NCBI GenBank assembly: GCA_037146995.1
Contig: JBAWWA010000002.1
Span: forward strand, 1,955 to 65,954
Reading direction: 5' to 3'
Length of the DNA: 64,000 bases
Origin: a bacterium
GTDB lineage: Bacteria; Patescibacteriota; Patescibacteriia; Patescibacteriales; GWE2-39-37
Below are positions 50,503-60,693 of the stretch, one piece after another (the stretch's first letter is position 1; every line of letters starts with the position of its first letter). Under the pieces are notes generated by a model that worked only from the letters and a program-made list of their open reading frames with translations, did no database searches and was not told the DNA's origin. A program made the translations under genes and the position numbers.

Positions 50503-52302
50503 CTAAAATTTCCAAATTAACCATCCAGGTCCTGGATTTATTAATTGAACAACTGATGCCATCATCACTCCAGGCGCTGCCTCTATCATAATTTCAAACT
50601 CCGAAAACCTAGAATCTACAAATTTAGACTTTGCTGTTTTTAGTGACTTTGCCGTATCTATTCTTGCGTTATCAATGGAAAATAATTTAATGTAGTCCTG
50701 CTCACGTGAGATGCCTTGTTCATCGAAGAAAGATACATATTTCAACGCTGTTTCAATGTCTTTGGAGTCTAGCGCCTCTGCCATCTTTTCCAATGCCTCT
50801 TGAGGTGTTTTTGAATATATTCGAGTATTTTCAATTCTTTTAGAAAATTCTTCAGCTTTAATAATTTCTTTATCTACTGCTACAGACTCGATCAATGCCT
50901 CATTACAATCTGCACGATATATTGATAACACATCACTGCCATATACAATGCCAATATTATCAATAAATATCATATCACTTAAAATTACCCCCCAATTATA
51001 TAATCCTAGTTTTTTTGCAATTTTCCAACTAATGGCGCCGTTATTAGTTTCAAAGATGTAGCCGCCACCAAATAAATATCCATTCATTTTATCTTTAAAA
51101 TATACCTTTAAGTAATTATTAAGTGCATTCTCAACACTTAACATTTTCTTATCTTCGTCGAATTTTTCTACATTATTTATAATTTCAAGACCAATCCAGT
51201 TCTTTCCGCCATCGATAGTTTTCAATATTTTATGCTTATTATACATAAAGCCAACTTGACTATCTACAAAGAATATATTCTTCAATTGTGTCGTCGTACT
51301 ATATATCTCATTCCAAGACAAACCACCATCAACCGTACTCCAAATCTTATCAGACGTATCAAGACCATTATTTACTGACTCGCCCTTACCGTAAGCCCAT
51401 CCTTCATTATCGTTAATAAAAAACAAGCCATTTATTTCATGGAATATATTACTATCGTGCAATGCCCAATTATCGCCTCCATCATCGGTTTTATAAAGAA
51501 GGTCGTTATTTTTATAATTAGTACTTCCCATTATTAACCACCCTTTTTTTGAATCCAAAAAATAAAATTTTTTCACTGACATATGATTAGAAGCTGGAAG
51601 CCACATTTTTTCCACCCAAGTATTCCCACTATCATATGTTTTTAATACATATTGCCCTTCTTCTTTTGTAATTTCACCAGGTTGCCTTAAACCGCCATTA
51701 CTAACAGTAAGTGCAGAAAGCCAATTTTTTTCATCTAAGAAATGAGTCACTGGCCGTAATTCAGTGCTGCCCTTCCACTCGATTTTTGAAATATCCAACC
51801 AATTGATGCCGCCATCAATTGTTTTATGCAAACCACCTTCTTGATCTGCAGCAAAGCCAACTCTATCATTAATAAACTGAATAATTGTGTATCCTATTGG
51901 TAGGTCAATATTTTTCCAATGACTCACCTCAGTGGAGGCTGAAAGAGATGTAGTACTACAACCTAAAACTTGATTATTGATTTTATTAGTAATTGCAATT
52001 TCTTCTTTTTTATTTACACTACTATTAACATCACCAACCTGAATATTCTTATAATTATTCTTCTTGATATTTATGTAAGTATAAATACCTATAGTTGTAA
52101 AAACAAATACAATAATAACAACCAATAATACCTGCTTATTTGTTGCTGCTTTTTTATGTTTCGATGATAAATCTATTTCATTTATACATTCCTCAATTTC
52201 AGAAACAGACCAACTTTTCGACAGGTCGGCTTGCACTTCTGGATATTCTTTGCCAGATTTAAGTTGTTGATTTATAACATCTATGAGTTGTTTGTTTATC
52301 AT
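50503..52302 (-). CDS. membrane-anchored BNR/Asp-box (YCF48-like) beta-propeller protein
   Basis: repeated KTxDGGxxW motifs, one TM; visibly more AT-rich than flanks. Confidence 0.85.
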   Translation of the reverse strand: MINKQLIDVINQQLKSGKEYPEVQADLSKSWSVSEIEECINEIDLSSKHKKAATNKQVLLVVIIVFVFTTIGIYTYINIKKNNYKNIQVGDVNSSVNKKEEIAITNKINNQVLGCSTTSLSASTEVSHWKNIDLPIGYTIIQFINDRVGFAADQEGGLHKTIDGGINWLDISKIEWKGSTELRPVTHFLDEKNWLSALTVSNGGLRQPGEITKEEGQYVLKTYDSGNTWVEKMWLPASNHMSVKKFYFLDSKKGWLIMGSTNYKNNDLLYKTDDGGDNWALHDSNIFHEINGLFFINDNEGWAYGKGESVNNGLDTSDKIWSTVDGGLSWNEIYSTTTQLKNIFFVDSQVGFMYNKHKILKTIDGGKNWIGLEIINNVEKFDEDKKMLSVENALNNYLKVYFKDKMNGYLFGGGYIFETNNGAISWKIAKKLGLYNWGVILSDMIFIDNIGIVYGSDVLSIYRADCNEALIESVAVDKEIIKAEEFSKRIENTRIYSKTPQEALEKMAEALDSKDIETALKYVSFFDEQGISREQDYIKLFSIDNARIDTAKSLKTAKSKFVDSRFSEFEIMIEAAPGVMMASVVQLINPGPGWLIWKF

Positions 52303-52430
52303 ATTTTCTATCGCATATTATTTTATAATTTGAGGAAAAGTACTCTTCTAGTTTTAAAAAAGTAAAACTTGAAATCCACACAAAAAAACAAAATTTACAT
52401 AATTTTTAGATAAACTTCACATTAACCCTG

Positions 52431-53489
52431 CTAATCCTCCAAGCACTCTACATCCATTGACCTACCATCCAGCACGTCACCTACGAATACACTTAACGCA
52501 GTGGCTACTGGCATTGAGAGCATGGCGCCAATAATGCCACCCAAATTAAAACCAATCAAGAGAACCGCAATGCTAACGATTGGATTAAGGCCGACGGTTT
52601 TTTGCATTACTTTAGGCACAAGTAGATTATTTTCGACTTGTTGAATGACATAATAAAGGATAGCCACCGCCAAGGCTAAGCCTGGTGAAACAGTCAAGGC
52701 CAAAAAAATCGCTGGTATTGCTCCAATCATCGGACCAATATAGGGCACGGTTTCGGTAATGCCCGCAATCAAGGCCAGGACAAGTTTGTATTCGATAGGC
52801 AAAAACCAGAGCCCCACATAGGTCAGACAAAAGATTGCCAATGATAAAATCAATTGTGCCTTCAGCCATGAATTAATCTTCTTTTGCATGCGATTAATCA
52901 GACTCATGACGTAATAGCGCTTCTTGGCCGGGGCGACTGTCCAAACTAATTTCTTTATCGCCTCTTCCTCTACGGTCATATAAAAAATAATAACCGCTAT
53001 CAAGATCAAAGTAAAAATCCCACCGACAAAATTGTACACTCCGCTAAAAACATTGGTGGCAGCTGCTTGAATATTTGAGCTGGCCGAGCCAAAGGCAGTT
53101 TGCAATTGCGGCAACAAGCCATGCGTTTCGGTGTAAGTTCGCACAGCCGAATAACTCTGGGTTATTTTTTCAAGATACAAAGGAAAATTACTAATAAAGC
53201 TGGAAATTTCTTTTGATATTGGCGGCACCAAAAGATAGACAGAAAATGCAATAATACTAATGACGACAGTATATATGGCCAAAATACCAATACCTCGAGG
53301 AATTTTATGACGTTGCATCCAATCTACCCAAGGATCAAAAGCGCTAGAAAGAATCAGGGCGATAAACAACACTAATGCAATATCCCTGATAAGATAAAGC
53401 ATATAAAACAGAATAAAAATGGCCACAACTTTAAAAATGGTGCCAGTTGTAATTGTTACATTGAATTTTTGCTCTTGAAGCTTGGCCAT
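52431..53489 (-). CDS. AI-2E family transporter
   Basis: ETVPYIGP, QQVENNLLVPKVM..VGLNP, GGIIGAMLSMP. Confidence 0.93.
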   Translation of the reverse strand: MAKLQEQKFNVTITTGTIFKVVAIFILFYMLYLIRDIALVLFIALILSSAFDPWVDWMQRHKIPRGIGILAIYTVVISIIAFSVYLLVPPISKEISSFISNFPLYLEKITQSYSAVRTYTETHGLLPQLQTAFGSASSNIQAAATNVFSGVYNFVGGIFTLILIAVIIFYMTVEEEAIKKLVWTVAPAKKRYYVMSLINRMQKKINSWLKAQLILSLAIFCLTYVGLWFLPIEYKLVLALIAGITETVPYIGPMIGAIPAIFLALTVSPGLALAVAILYYVIQQVENNLLVPKVMQKTVGLNPIVSIAVLLIGFNLGGIIGAMLSMPVATALSVFVGDVLDGRSMDVECLED

Positions 53490-53583
53490 AATGATATTTT
53501 CTTATTTATATTATTATACTAATAATACGTTTTTAAAACAACTACAAATAAAAAAACCCCGATTAATTTCGGGGTCATTCAAA

Positions 53584-53892
53584 CTAAATGCCACAGATTT
53601 TTTGACTTGGAAAAACAAGGTCTATGCACTCGCTAAACTCATCACCAAACCACCACACATCAGATACGGTAATAAAAGCCAGTCTCAGAGCGGAGCCGCT
53701 AACCGGAATTATCGCCGAGACCTCCTCCATTGTGGGACTGACAATACTCCTGAGCGATTCACTTTTTTCAAGTCTAGCTTCCATAAGATGCATCCACAAG
53801 GTTGAAAAATAATAACACTTGCAGACCTCCAAAGTATCGGCATCAAAATCATTTAAACAATTTTCATACAAGTCCTTGTTGCGGATCCTCAT
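53584..53892 (-). CDS. hypothetical protein
   Basis: 102 aa ORF with SD GGAGGT, upstream TTGACA and downstream hairpin. Confidence 0.7.
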   Translation of the reverse strand: MRIRNKDLYENCLNDFDADTLEVCKCYYFSTLWMHLMEARLEKSESLRSIVSPTMEEVSAIIPVSGSALRLAFITVSDVWWFGDEFSECIDLVFPSQKICGI

Positions 53893-53959
53893 GAGTCACC
53901 TCCATCTATTTTTATAATGTTCTATATATTTTTATTAACATTTTAATAATCAAATGTCA

Positions 53960-53994
53960 AAAAAGCAGCTCCTGAAAAATTCAAGAGCTGCTTT
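53960..53994 (-). terminator. intrinsic terminator after groEL
   Basis: aaagcagctc...gagctgcttt inverted repeat. Confidence 0.7.
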
Positions 53995-54013
53995 GCAATA
54001 AAATATTCAAACT

Positions 54014-55675
<1,662 letters not shown>

Positions 55676-55734
55676 TTATTAGTAACGCCCTAAGCGTTAC
55701 AAAAATTAATTATTATTTAATTAATGATTAAGCA

Positions 55735-56022
55735 CTAAGAAATAATGGCAACAATGTCACTCTCCCTGACAATCAAATAATCTTCACCATTAACTTTAAT
55801 CTCATTGGCTGAATATTTTTTGAACATGACCTGATCACCAGCAGCAACACTCAAAATGGATTTTTGACCATTATCAAGCTGTTTGCCATCACCGACGGCT
55901 ACCACCACACCTTTTTCTGGTTTGTCTTTGCTTAAAGTATCAGGCAAGACAATGCCCGATTTCGTCACCTCTTCTGTTAAGGCTTTAATAACAACATAAT
56001 CATAAAGTGGTTTGATATTCAT
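55735..56022 (-). CDS. groS: co-chaperonin GroES
   Basis: [25 protein letters not shown]. Confidence 0.97.
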   Translation of the reverse strand: MNIKPLYDYVVIKALTEEVTKSGIVLPDTLSKDKPEKGVVVAVGDGKQLDNGQKSILSVAAGDQVMFKKYSANEIKVNGEDYLIVRESDIVAIIS

Positions 56023-56095
56023 ACATTTTGGAACCCATCTTGGCATATTTACTACCAATATTAATGGGCTAAAATTAAATAATTAATTAGACTTA

Positions 56096-56122
56096 TTAGC
56101 ACTCAAACAATGAGAGTGCTAA
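56096..56122. promoter_or_regulatory. CIRCE element (HrcA operator)
   Basis: perfect TTAGCACTC-N9-GAGTGCTAA upstream of groES. Confidence 0.97.
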
Positions 56123-56126
56123 TTGC

Positions 56127-56155
56127 ATTTTAGGCAAAAGCCACGGCCGTGTCAA
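56127..56155 (-). promoter_or_regulatory. sigma70-type promoter of groESL
   Basis: TTGACA-17 nt-TAAAAT immediately before CIRCE. Confidence 0.8.
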
Positions 56156-56211
56156 GTAAACTAAAATTAAATAAAAAAAACGCGGTTATTAAAACCGCGC
56201 TAACTACTTGT

Positions 56212-56361
56212 TTATTTTCGCTCATGACAATTGGCAAAAAAATTACAGAGCCTATTAAAAGGTTCCTCGATGAATTTAGCCACAAAAGCCATGATGTCAT
56301 CAAAAAACTCCAAATAGCACCAGACGCCACCAAGAAGCATTAACATTGCCACTGCAGACAT
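56212..56361 (-). CDS. 49 aa small protein, not in the ORF track
   Basis: SD GGAGG then MSAVAMLMLLGGVWCYLEFF...CHERK*, 13 nt downstream of the gamma-CA stop. Confidence 0.55.
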   Translation of the reverse strand: MSAVAMLMLLGGVWCYLEFFDDIMAFVAKFIEEPFNRLCNFFANCHERK

Positions 56362-56374
56362 AATCGCCTCCATA

Positions 56375-57181
56375 CTAGCGCACCTCGATAGTTTTATTTA
56401 GGGCCATGGCCATTTCCTTCATGCAACGCAGGGCCATGTCAAATTGCTCCTCTGGTGTCAGATTCTTGGCCATGTTTACGGCTTTGTGATGTTCTAAGTC
56501 ATGTTGACGCCGCTTGTAGAGAGCGCACAACTGCTTGTTTTCATCCACAACACTTTTATTCAGGTCATTGTCTGCCTCGGCAATATCCCTCGGCACATGC
56601 GGCAGCCTGTCAGCTGTTTCTTGGTTATTGACCACCCAGCCATCAGGCACGAGGCGATGATTGTCAATCCTGACATTTGCCACAACGGCGTTAATGCCGA
56701 TATGACAATAATCACCAACGGTGGCTTTTTTCACCACCGCACCATGATCAAGCATACAATTACGCCCAATCGTGGAGTGATGAACAATGACATTAAAGCC
56801 GATAAAACATTTTTTACCCAGATAAGCCGGACCATGAATGGTTGCCTTGTGAGCAACTGAACAATGTTTGCCGACCCAGACGCAATACTTTTTGCCGTCG
56901 TCTCCGTCGACAAAAAGGCCTCCATGCGCATGAACCAAGGTGTGATCTTGAAAGTTGACACCCTCAGAAATTCTCACCCCACCGTAATTTTCATCGTTAA
57001 GATAGACATCTTTTACCTCGTCGATGCGAATAACCGTGTCGGGCAAAATTGTCACTCGAGGCCCGATACTGATTTGACCAATGATAATCGCACTTTCACT
57101 TACAATGGCGCTCTTATCAATGGTCGGGTTGCCAAAAAAAGAATCGTTGAAACGAAACCTACCCGGTTTTCCTGCATCCAT
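56375..57181 (-). CDS. gamma-class carbonic anhydrase (Cam-like, left-handed beta-helix)
   Basis: IRIDE, NFQD..VH, VAHKATIHGP (three His ligands), C-terminal helix VVDEN; SD AAGGAG. Confidence 0.85.
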   Translation of the reverse strand: MDAGKPGRFRFNDSFFGNPTIDKSAIVSESAIIIGQISIGPRVTILPDTVIRIDEVKDVYLNDENYGGVRISEGVNFQDHTLVHAHGGLFVDGDDGKKYCVWVGKHCSVAHKATIHGPAYLGKKCFIGFNVIVHHSTIGRNCMLDHGAVVKKATVGDYCHIGINAVVANVRIDNHRLVPDGWVVNNQETADRLPHVPRDIAEADNDLNKSVVDENKQLCALYKRRQHDLEHHKAVNMAKNLTPEEQFDMALRCMKEMAMALNKTIEVR

Positions 57182-57480
57182 GTTGCTCTCCTTTTTTACT
57201 GTAATTTATTACCGTTCAAATGTGAACGTCCTACTTTTTGTAAAGATCTCCTTTTGTAACAATTTATGATTATTGCATAAATACACATTTGTGTCAATAT
57301 TAGCCACTTTTAAACAATTTAGGTTCAAAAATATCCTAATTTATACAATATTCTTCAAGATACAACTATTATATGCTACTCCCTGTAATAATTACGTCAA
57401 GTGTATGGCGCAATAACTTGACATTAATATATATTTGTGCTATATTATAAATATAAAAAATTATCCAAAAGGAGGGGCAA

Positions 57481-57564
57481 ATGAGTGGATATTTAATGTC
57501 CGTTGGCTTAGTCATACTTGTTATTGTTCTGTGGAACCTAATGGGCTATATCTTGCCCGAATAA
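57481..57564 (+). CDS. 27 aa single-TM microprotein, not in the ORF track
   Basis: TTGACA-17-TATATT promoter (57418-57446), SD AAGGAGG, MSGYLMSVGLVILVIVLWNLMGYILPE*, terminator at 57590-57614. Confidence 0.6.
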   Translation: MSGYLMSVGLVILVIVLWNLMGYILPE

Positions 57565-57627
57565 TAACTAACAAAAAACCTTTTACCCTAGCCTCAATTC
57601 GTTGAGGCTTTTTTCTTTTAAAAAAAT

Positions 57628-57659
57628 AAAAAAGAATCGATTTTAGTCGATTCTTTTTT
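57628..57659. terminator. terminator after Ehr large subunit gene
   Basis: aaaaaagaatcgat-ttta-gtcgattctttttt. Confidence 0.7.
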
Positions 57660-57670
57660 CTAAATATATT

Positions 57671-59224
57671 TTACATGTCAGTACCGGAATAACTCAGGTT
57701 AAGCGATTTGTTGCACAGCGGAAAGTCTGGTACGATATTGCCCGGACCGATGATGCCAAAGGTGGCCCAATTACAAAATGATGGATCACGCGGAAAACAA
57801 CGCTCAATCTGGCCGTTTCTTATTACTACAGCACAGAGAACTTCACCCCGCCATGACTCGGTTGCGCCAATAGCGTAACCATCTCTCGGTGTGCAATTAA
57901 CGCTATACTCACCGGTCGGCATTTGATCAATTAAAATATTAATGAGTCGCACTGTTTCGTTTAATTCATCTAGACGCGCCGTAAATCGCGCATGAACATC
58001 ACCAGCCGTTTTTACAACCACTTTAACCGGAAATTTCGCGTAAGCAGCGTGCGGAAAATCGCGCCGAACATCACGATCAACCCCGGAACTTCTAGCTGGC
58101 AATCCCAGTGCGCCAAAGGCCTTGGCCGCTTCCAATGGCAAAATTCCAGTTGTCTGCAAACGATCCATAAAACCTTCTGAGGACAAAGCAGTCGTTGTTA
58201 TTTCCTTGATCTCGGCAAAAGCCTCATTAACAACTAGCTTGATACGAGCCAACTCGGAGGTGGTAAAGCTTTTAGAAACACCCCCTGGCAAAATCAAACC
58301 TCGCCAAAATCGATTACCAAGCACTTCCTCTGACAAACGCATTAGACGTTCTTTGACTCGAAAACCATTGGCCGCAATAAAACTAAAGCCTGTGCCCATA
58401 CCGCCAATATTAGCAATGTCGTGAACATGCATCGTCAAGCGTTCAAGTTCAGCAACTAGCGTTCTTAAAATCAAGGCCAGTTCAGGCACATTAACGTTGG
58501 CAAGAATCTCTACGGCCTGACAATAGGCCAAAGCATTGGCAGCCGCCATATCACCAGACAAGCGCTCAATAAATTTCAAACCCTCAACCGGAGTTTTGCC
58601 TTCTAAAAGCTTCTCGACGCCTTTGTGAGTAAAGAAAAGCTTGCCCTCTAAAGTAATAATACGCTCGCCTGCCACATTAAATCTAAAATGACCAGGCTCA
58701 ATAATACCCGCATGAATCGGTCCGACTGGAATTTCAAAAATCCCCTCGCCTTTGACATGGCCCATCGGATATGGCTCATTGGCATGTTCAAGTTTTTTAT
58801 TCCAAATAAAATCTTTTCTTAATGGGTGAGTAGCATTAGGAATATTTTCATGATTAACCAAACGACGCAAATCTGGATGGCCATCCGGCACCACACCGAA
58901 CATGTCATGACTATAGCGTTCATACCAATGTGCGGCCATAATCGTCGCAGTAATCGACGGATAATGAGGGTGACTAGCACTCACCTCCGCACGCAGTTCG
59001 AGCCGCTCATGACTCTCGTCTAGACTAAATACTGCATGAACTGTGTAGCATTTTTTTTCAGCCCGTTCATCGGTCACAAACATTAACGATAATGGCAGGT
59101 CATATTCATTCACCAAAGCAGTCGCTATTTTAGCTATATCATCACTGTTAACCGTAACACAATATATGTTGGCCAGGAGTTCTGCCTTAAGTTGTAATTT
59201 TGACAAAATTTCTAAAGCTTTCAT
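57671..59224 (-). CDS. Ehr large subunit (HycE/HyfG/NuoCD-like, lacking NiFe-binding cysteines)
   Basis: WYERY..DMFG, PLRKDF, GPIHAGIIEPGHF, HKGVEK, ERLSGD instead of RxCGxC, C-terminal NKSLNLSYSGTDM instead of DPCxxC. Confidence 0.9.
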   Translation of the reverse strand: MKALEILSKLQLKAELLANIYCVTVNSDDIAKIATALVNEYDLPLSLMFVTDERAEKKCYTVHAVFSLDESHERLELRAEVSASHPHYPSITATIMAAHWYERYSHDMFGVVPDGHPDLRRLVNHENIPNATHPLRKDFIWNKKLEHANEPYPMGHVKGEGIFEIPVGPIHAGIIEPGHFRFNVAGERIITLEGKLFFTHKGVEKLLEGKTPVEGLKFIERLSGDMAAANALAYCQAVEILANVNVPELALILRTLVAELERLTMHVHDIANIGGMGTGFSFIAANGFRVKERLMRLSEEVLGNRFWRGLILPGGVSKSFTTSELARIKLVVNEAFAEIKEITTTALSSEGFMDRLQTTGILPLEAAKAFGALGLPARSSGVDRDVRRDFPHAAYAKFPVKVVVKTAGDVHARFTARLDELNETVRLINILIDQMPTGEYSVNCTPRDGYAIGATESWRGEVLCAVVIRNGQIERCFPRDPSFCNWATFGIIGPGNIVPDFPLCNKSLNLSYSGTDM

Positions 59225-59231
59225 ATATTTT

Positions 59232-60692
59232 TTAACTTAAATTTTTTATAATATCAACCACGAAGCCAGTGCCACTTGACGATGTAAACCAAACACCCAA
59301 CAAGATAACTGCAATTATATGAACCAACATGACACTGTGAGTAATATTCCAGTGCTCTCGTGTCTCATTTAAATCAGTAGTATTTGCTTTTTCCAAAATC
59401 ATACCAATTGTCGTTCTTAGCATGCCAAAGGCAATAACACCAAGGGCAATGAAAACCGCGATTGACAGATACAAATGAGCTTTGATCATTGCCGAAAAGA
59501 GCGTAAATTCACTAACAAATAATATTGACGGTGGCATTGCCACAATAAAAATTATCCCGATTAAAAACAAAGAGCTCGTATAGGGCGCATACTTTAACAA
59601 GCCGCCAACTTTAGTTGTGTCAGTTGTTTTATAGCGCAACAGTATTTCACCAGCTCCAAAAAATAATCCAGATTTTATGATTGAATGACCAATCATATGG
59701 ATAACTGCAGCCATTACGCCGATAGGCGGCAAGGCCAAGCCTAGGGCAATCAAGCCCATGTGCTCAATACTTGAATAGGCGAGCATCCTTTTGTAATTCC
59801 TTTGCACGAGCAACATAAAGGCTGGTAATACGACCGACAAGATACCGAAAAATAAAAAGAATTTACCAGTCCATTCACTCCCGCCTATGGCCTGATTAGC
59901 AATCATTTGAAAACGAATAATCGCATACAAAGCCACGTTTAACAATATGCCAGAAAACAAGGCCGAGATTGGCGATGGCGCCTTGCTGTGGGCATCTGGT
60001 AGCCACGTATGGATTGGCGCGAAACCGACTTTAGCACCAAAACCCACAAAGATAAAAACAAAAGCCCATTTTACAAGCTCCGGCGACAAGGCGCTAGTAT
60101 TCTTCAATAAATCACTGATCAAAAAACTAACTGATTGATCTGCCCCAGCCTGCGATGTATAACCGAGTAAAAGTATGCCAATCAAACCTAAAGTAATACC
60201 AGTTGAGCAAATAATAATATATTTCCAAGCAGCCTCAAGTGATGAGCGCTTGCGATAAAGACCAACCAAGAAGGTCGAAGATAAAGTTGTTGCTTCTAGA
60301 GCCAACCACATAATCAAAGTATTATTAGTGACAACGACTAAAAACATTGCCATCACGAACAAAGGTAGCAAAGTGAAATATAATTTTAGATCATTGATTT
60401 TCACCTCTCCATCCTTAAATTCATGACCAATATAGCGCACACTAACAATAGTGGCACTTAAAGATAATAAAGCGATTAGACTAGCAATCAAGGCTCCGAA
60501 TCTATCCAAATAAAACCACTCAGTAATTAAAACCTCTGTGCCAAAAAATTGTGGTGAGACGAATAACCAAATTGTCAAAGCAGAAGCGATGGATACAGCA
60601 CCAGCCGACAAACGAATGATTTTTTCGTTTTTTTGCACCACAGCAAGAATGACTGCCAAACTAAAAAGTCCAAAGATAAATAAAATATTCAT
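59232..60692 (-). CDS. antiporter-like membrane subunit (HyfF-like)
   Basis: LEATTL, EAAWKY, KVGFAPIHTWLPDAH, KRMLAYSSIEHMG. Confidence 0.92.
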   Translation of the reverse strand: MNILFIFGLFSLAVILAVVQKNEKIIRLSAGAVSIASALTIWLFVSPQFFGTEVLITEWFYLDRFGALIASLIALLSLSATIVSVRYIGHEFKDGEVKINDLKLYFTLLPLFVMAMFLVVVTNNTLIMWLALEATTLSSTFLVGLYRKRSSLEAAWKYIIICSTGITLGLIGILLLGYTSQAGADQSVSFLISDLLKNTSALSPELVKWAFVFIFVGFGAKVGFAPIHTWLPDAHSKAPSPISALFSGILLNVALYAIIRFQMIANQAIGGSEWTGKFFLFFGILSVVLPAFMLLVQRNYKRMLAYSSIEHMGLIALGLALPPIGVMAAVIHMIGHSIIKSGLFFGAGEILLRYKTTDTTKVGGLLKYAPYTSSLFLIGIIFIVAMPPSILFVSEFTLFSAMIKAHLYLSIAVFIALGVIAFGMLRTTIGMILEKANTTDLNETREHWNITHSVMLVHIIAVILLGVWFTSSSGTGFVVDIIKNLS

Positions 60693-60693
60693 A

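Noticed and set aside
57671-59224. Functional group 4 [NiFe] hydrogenase / formate hydrogenlyase
   Set aside because: Both Ni-binding CxxC motifs are absent and no hyp maturation genes are in the window
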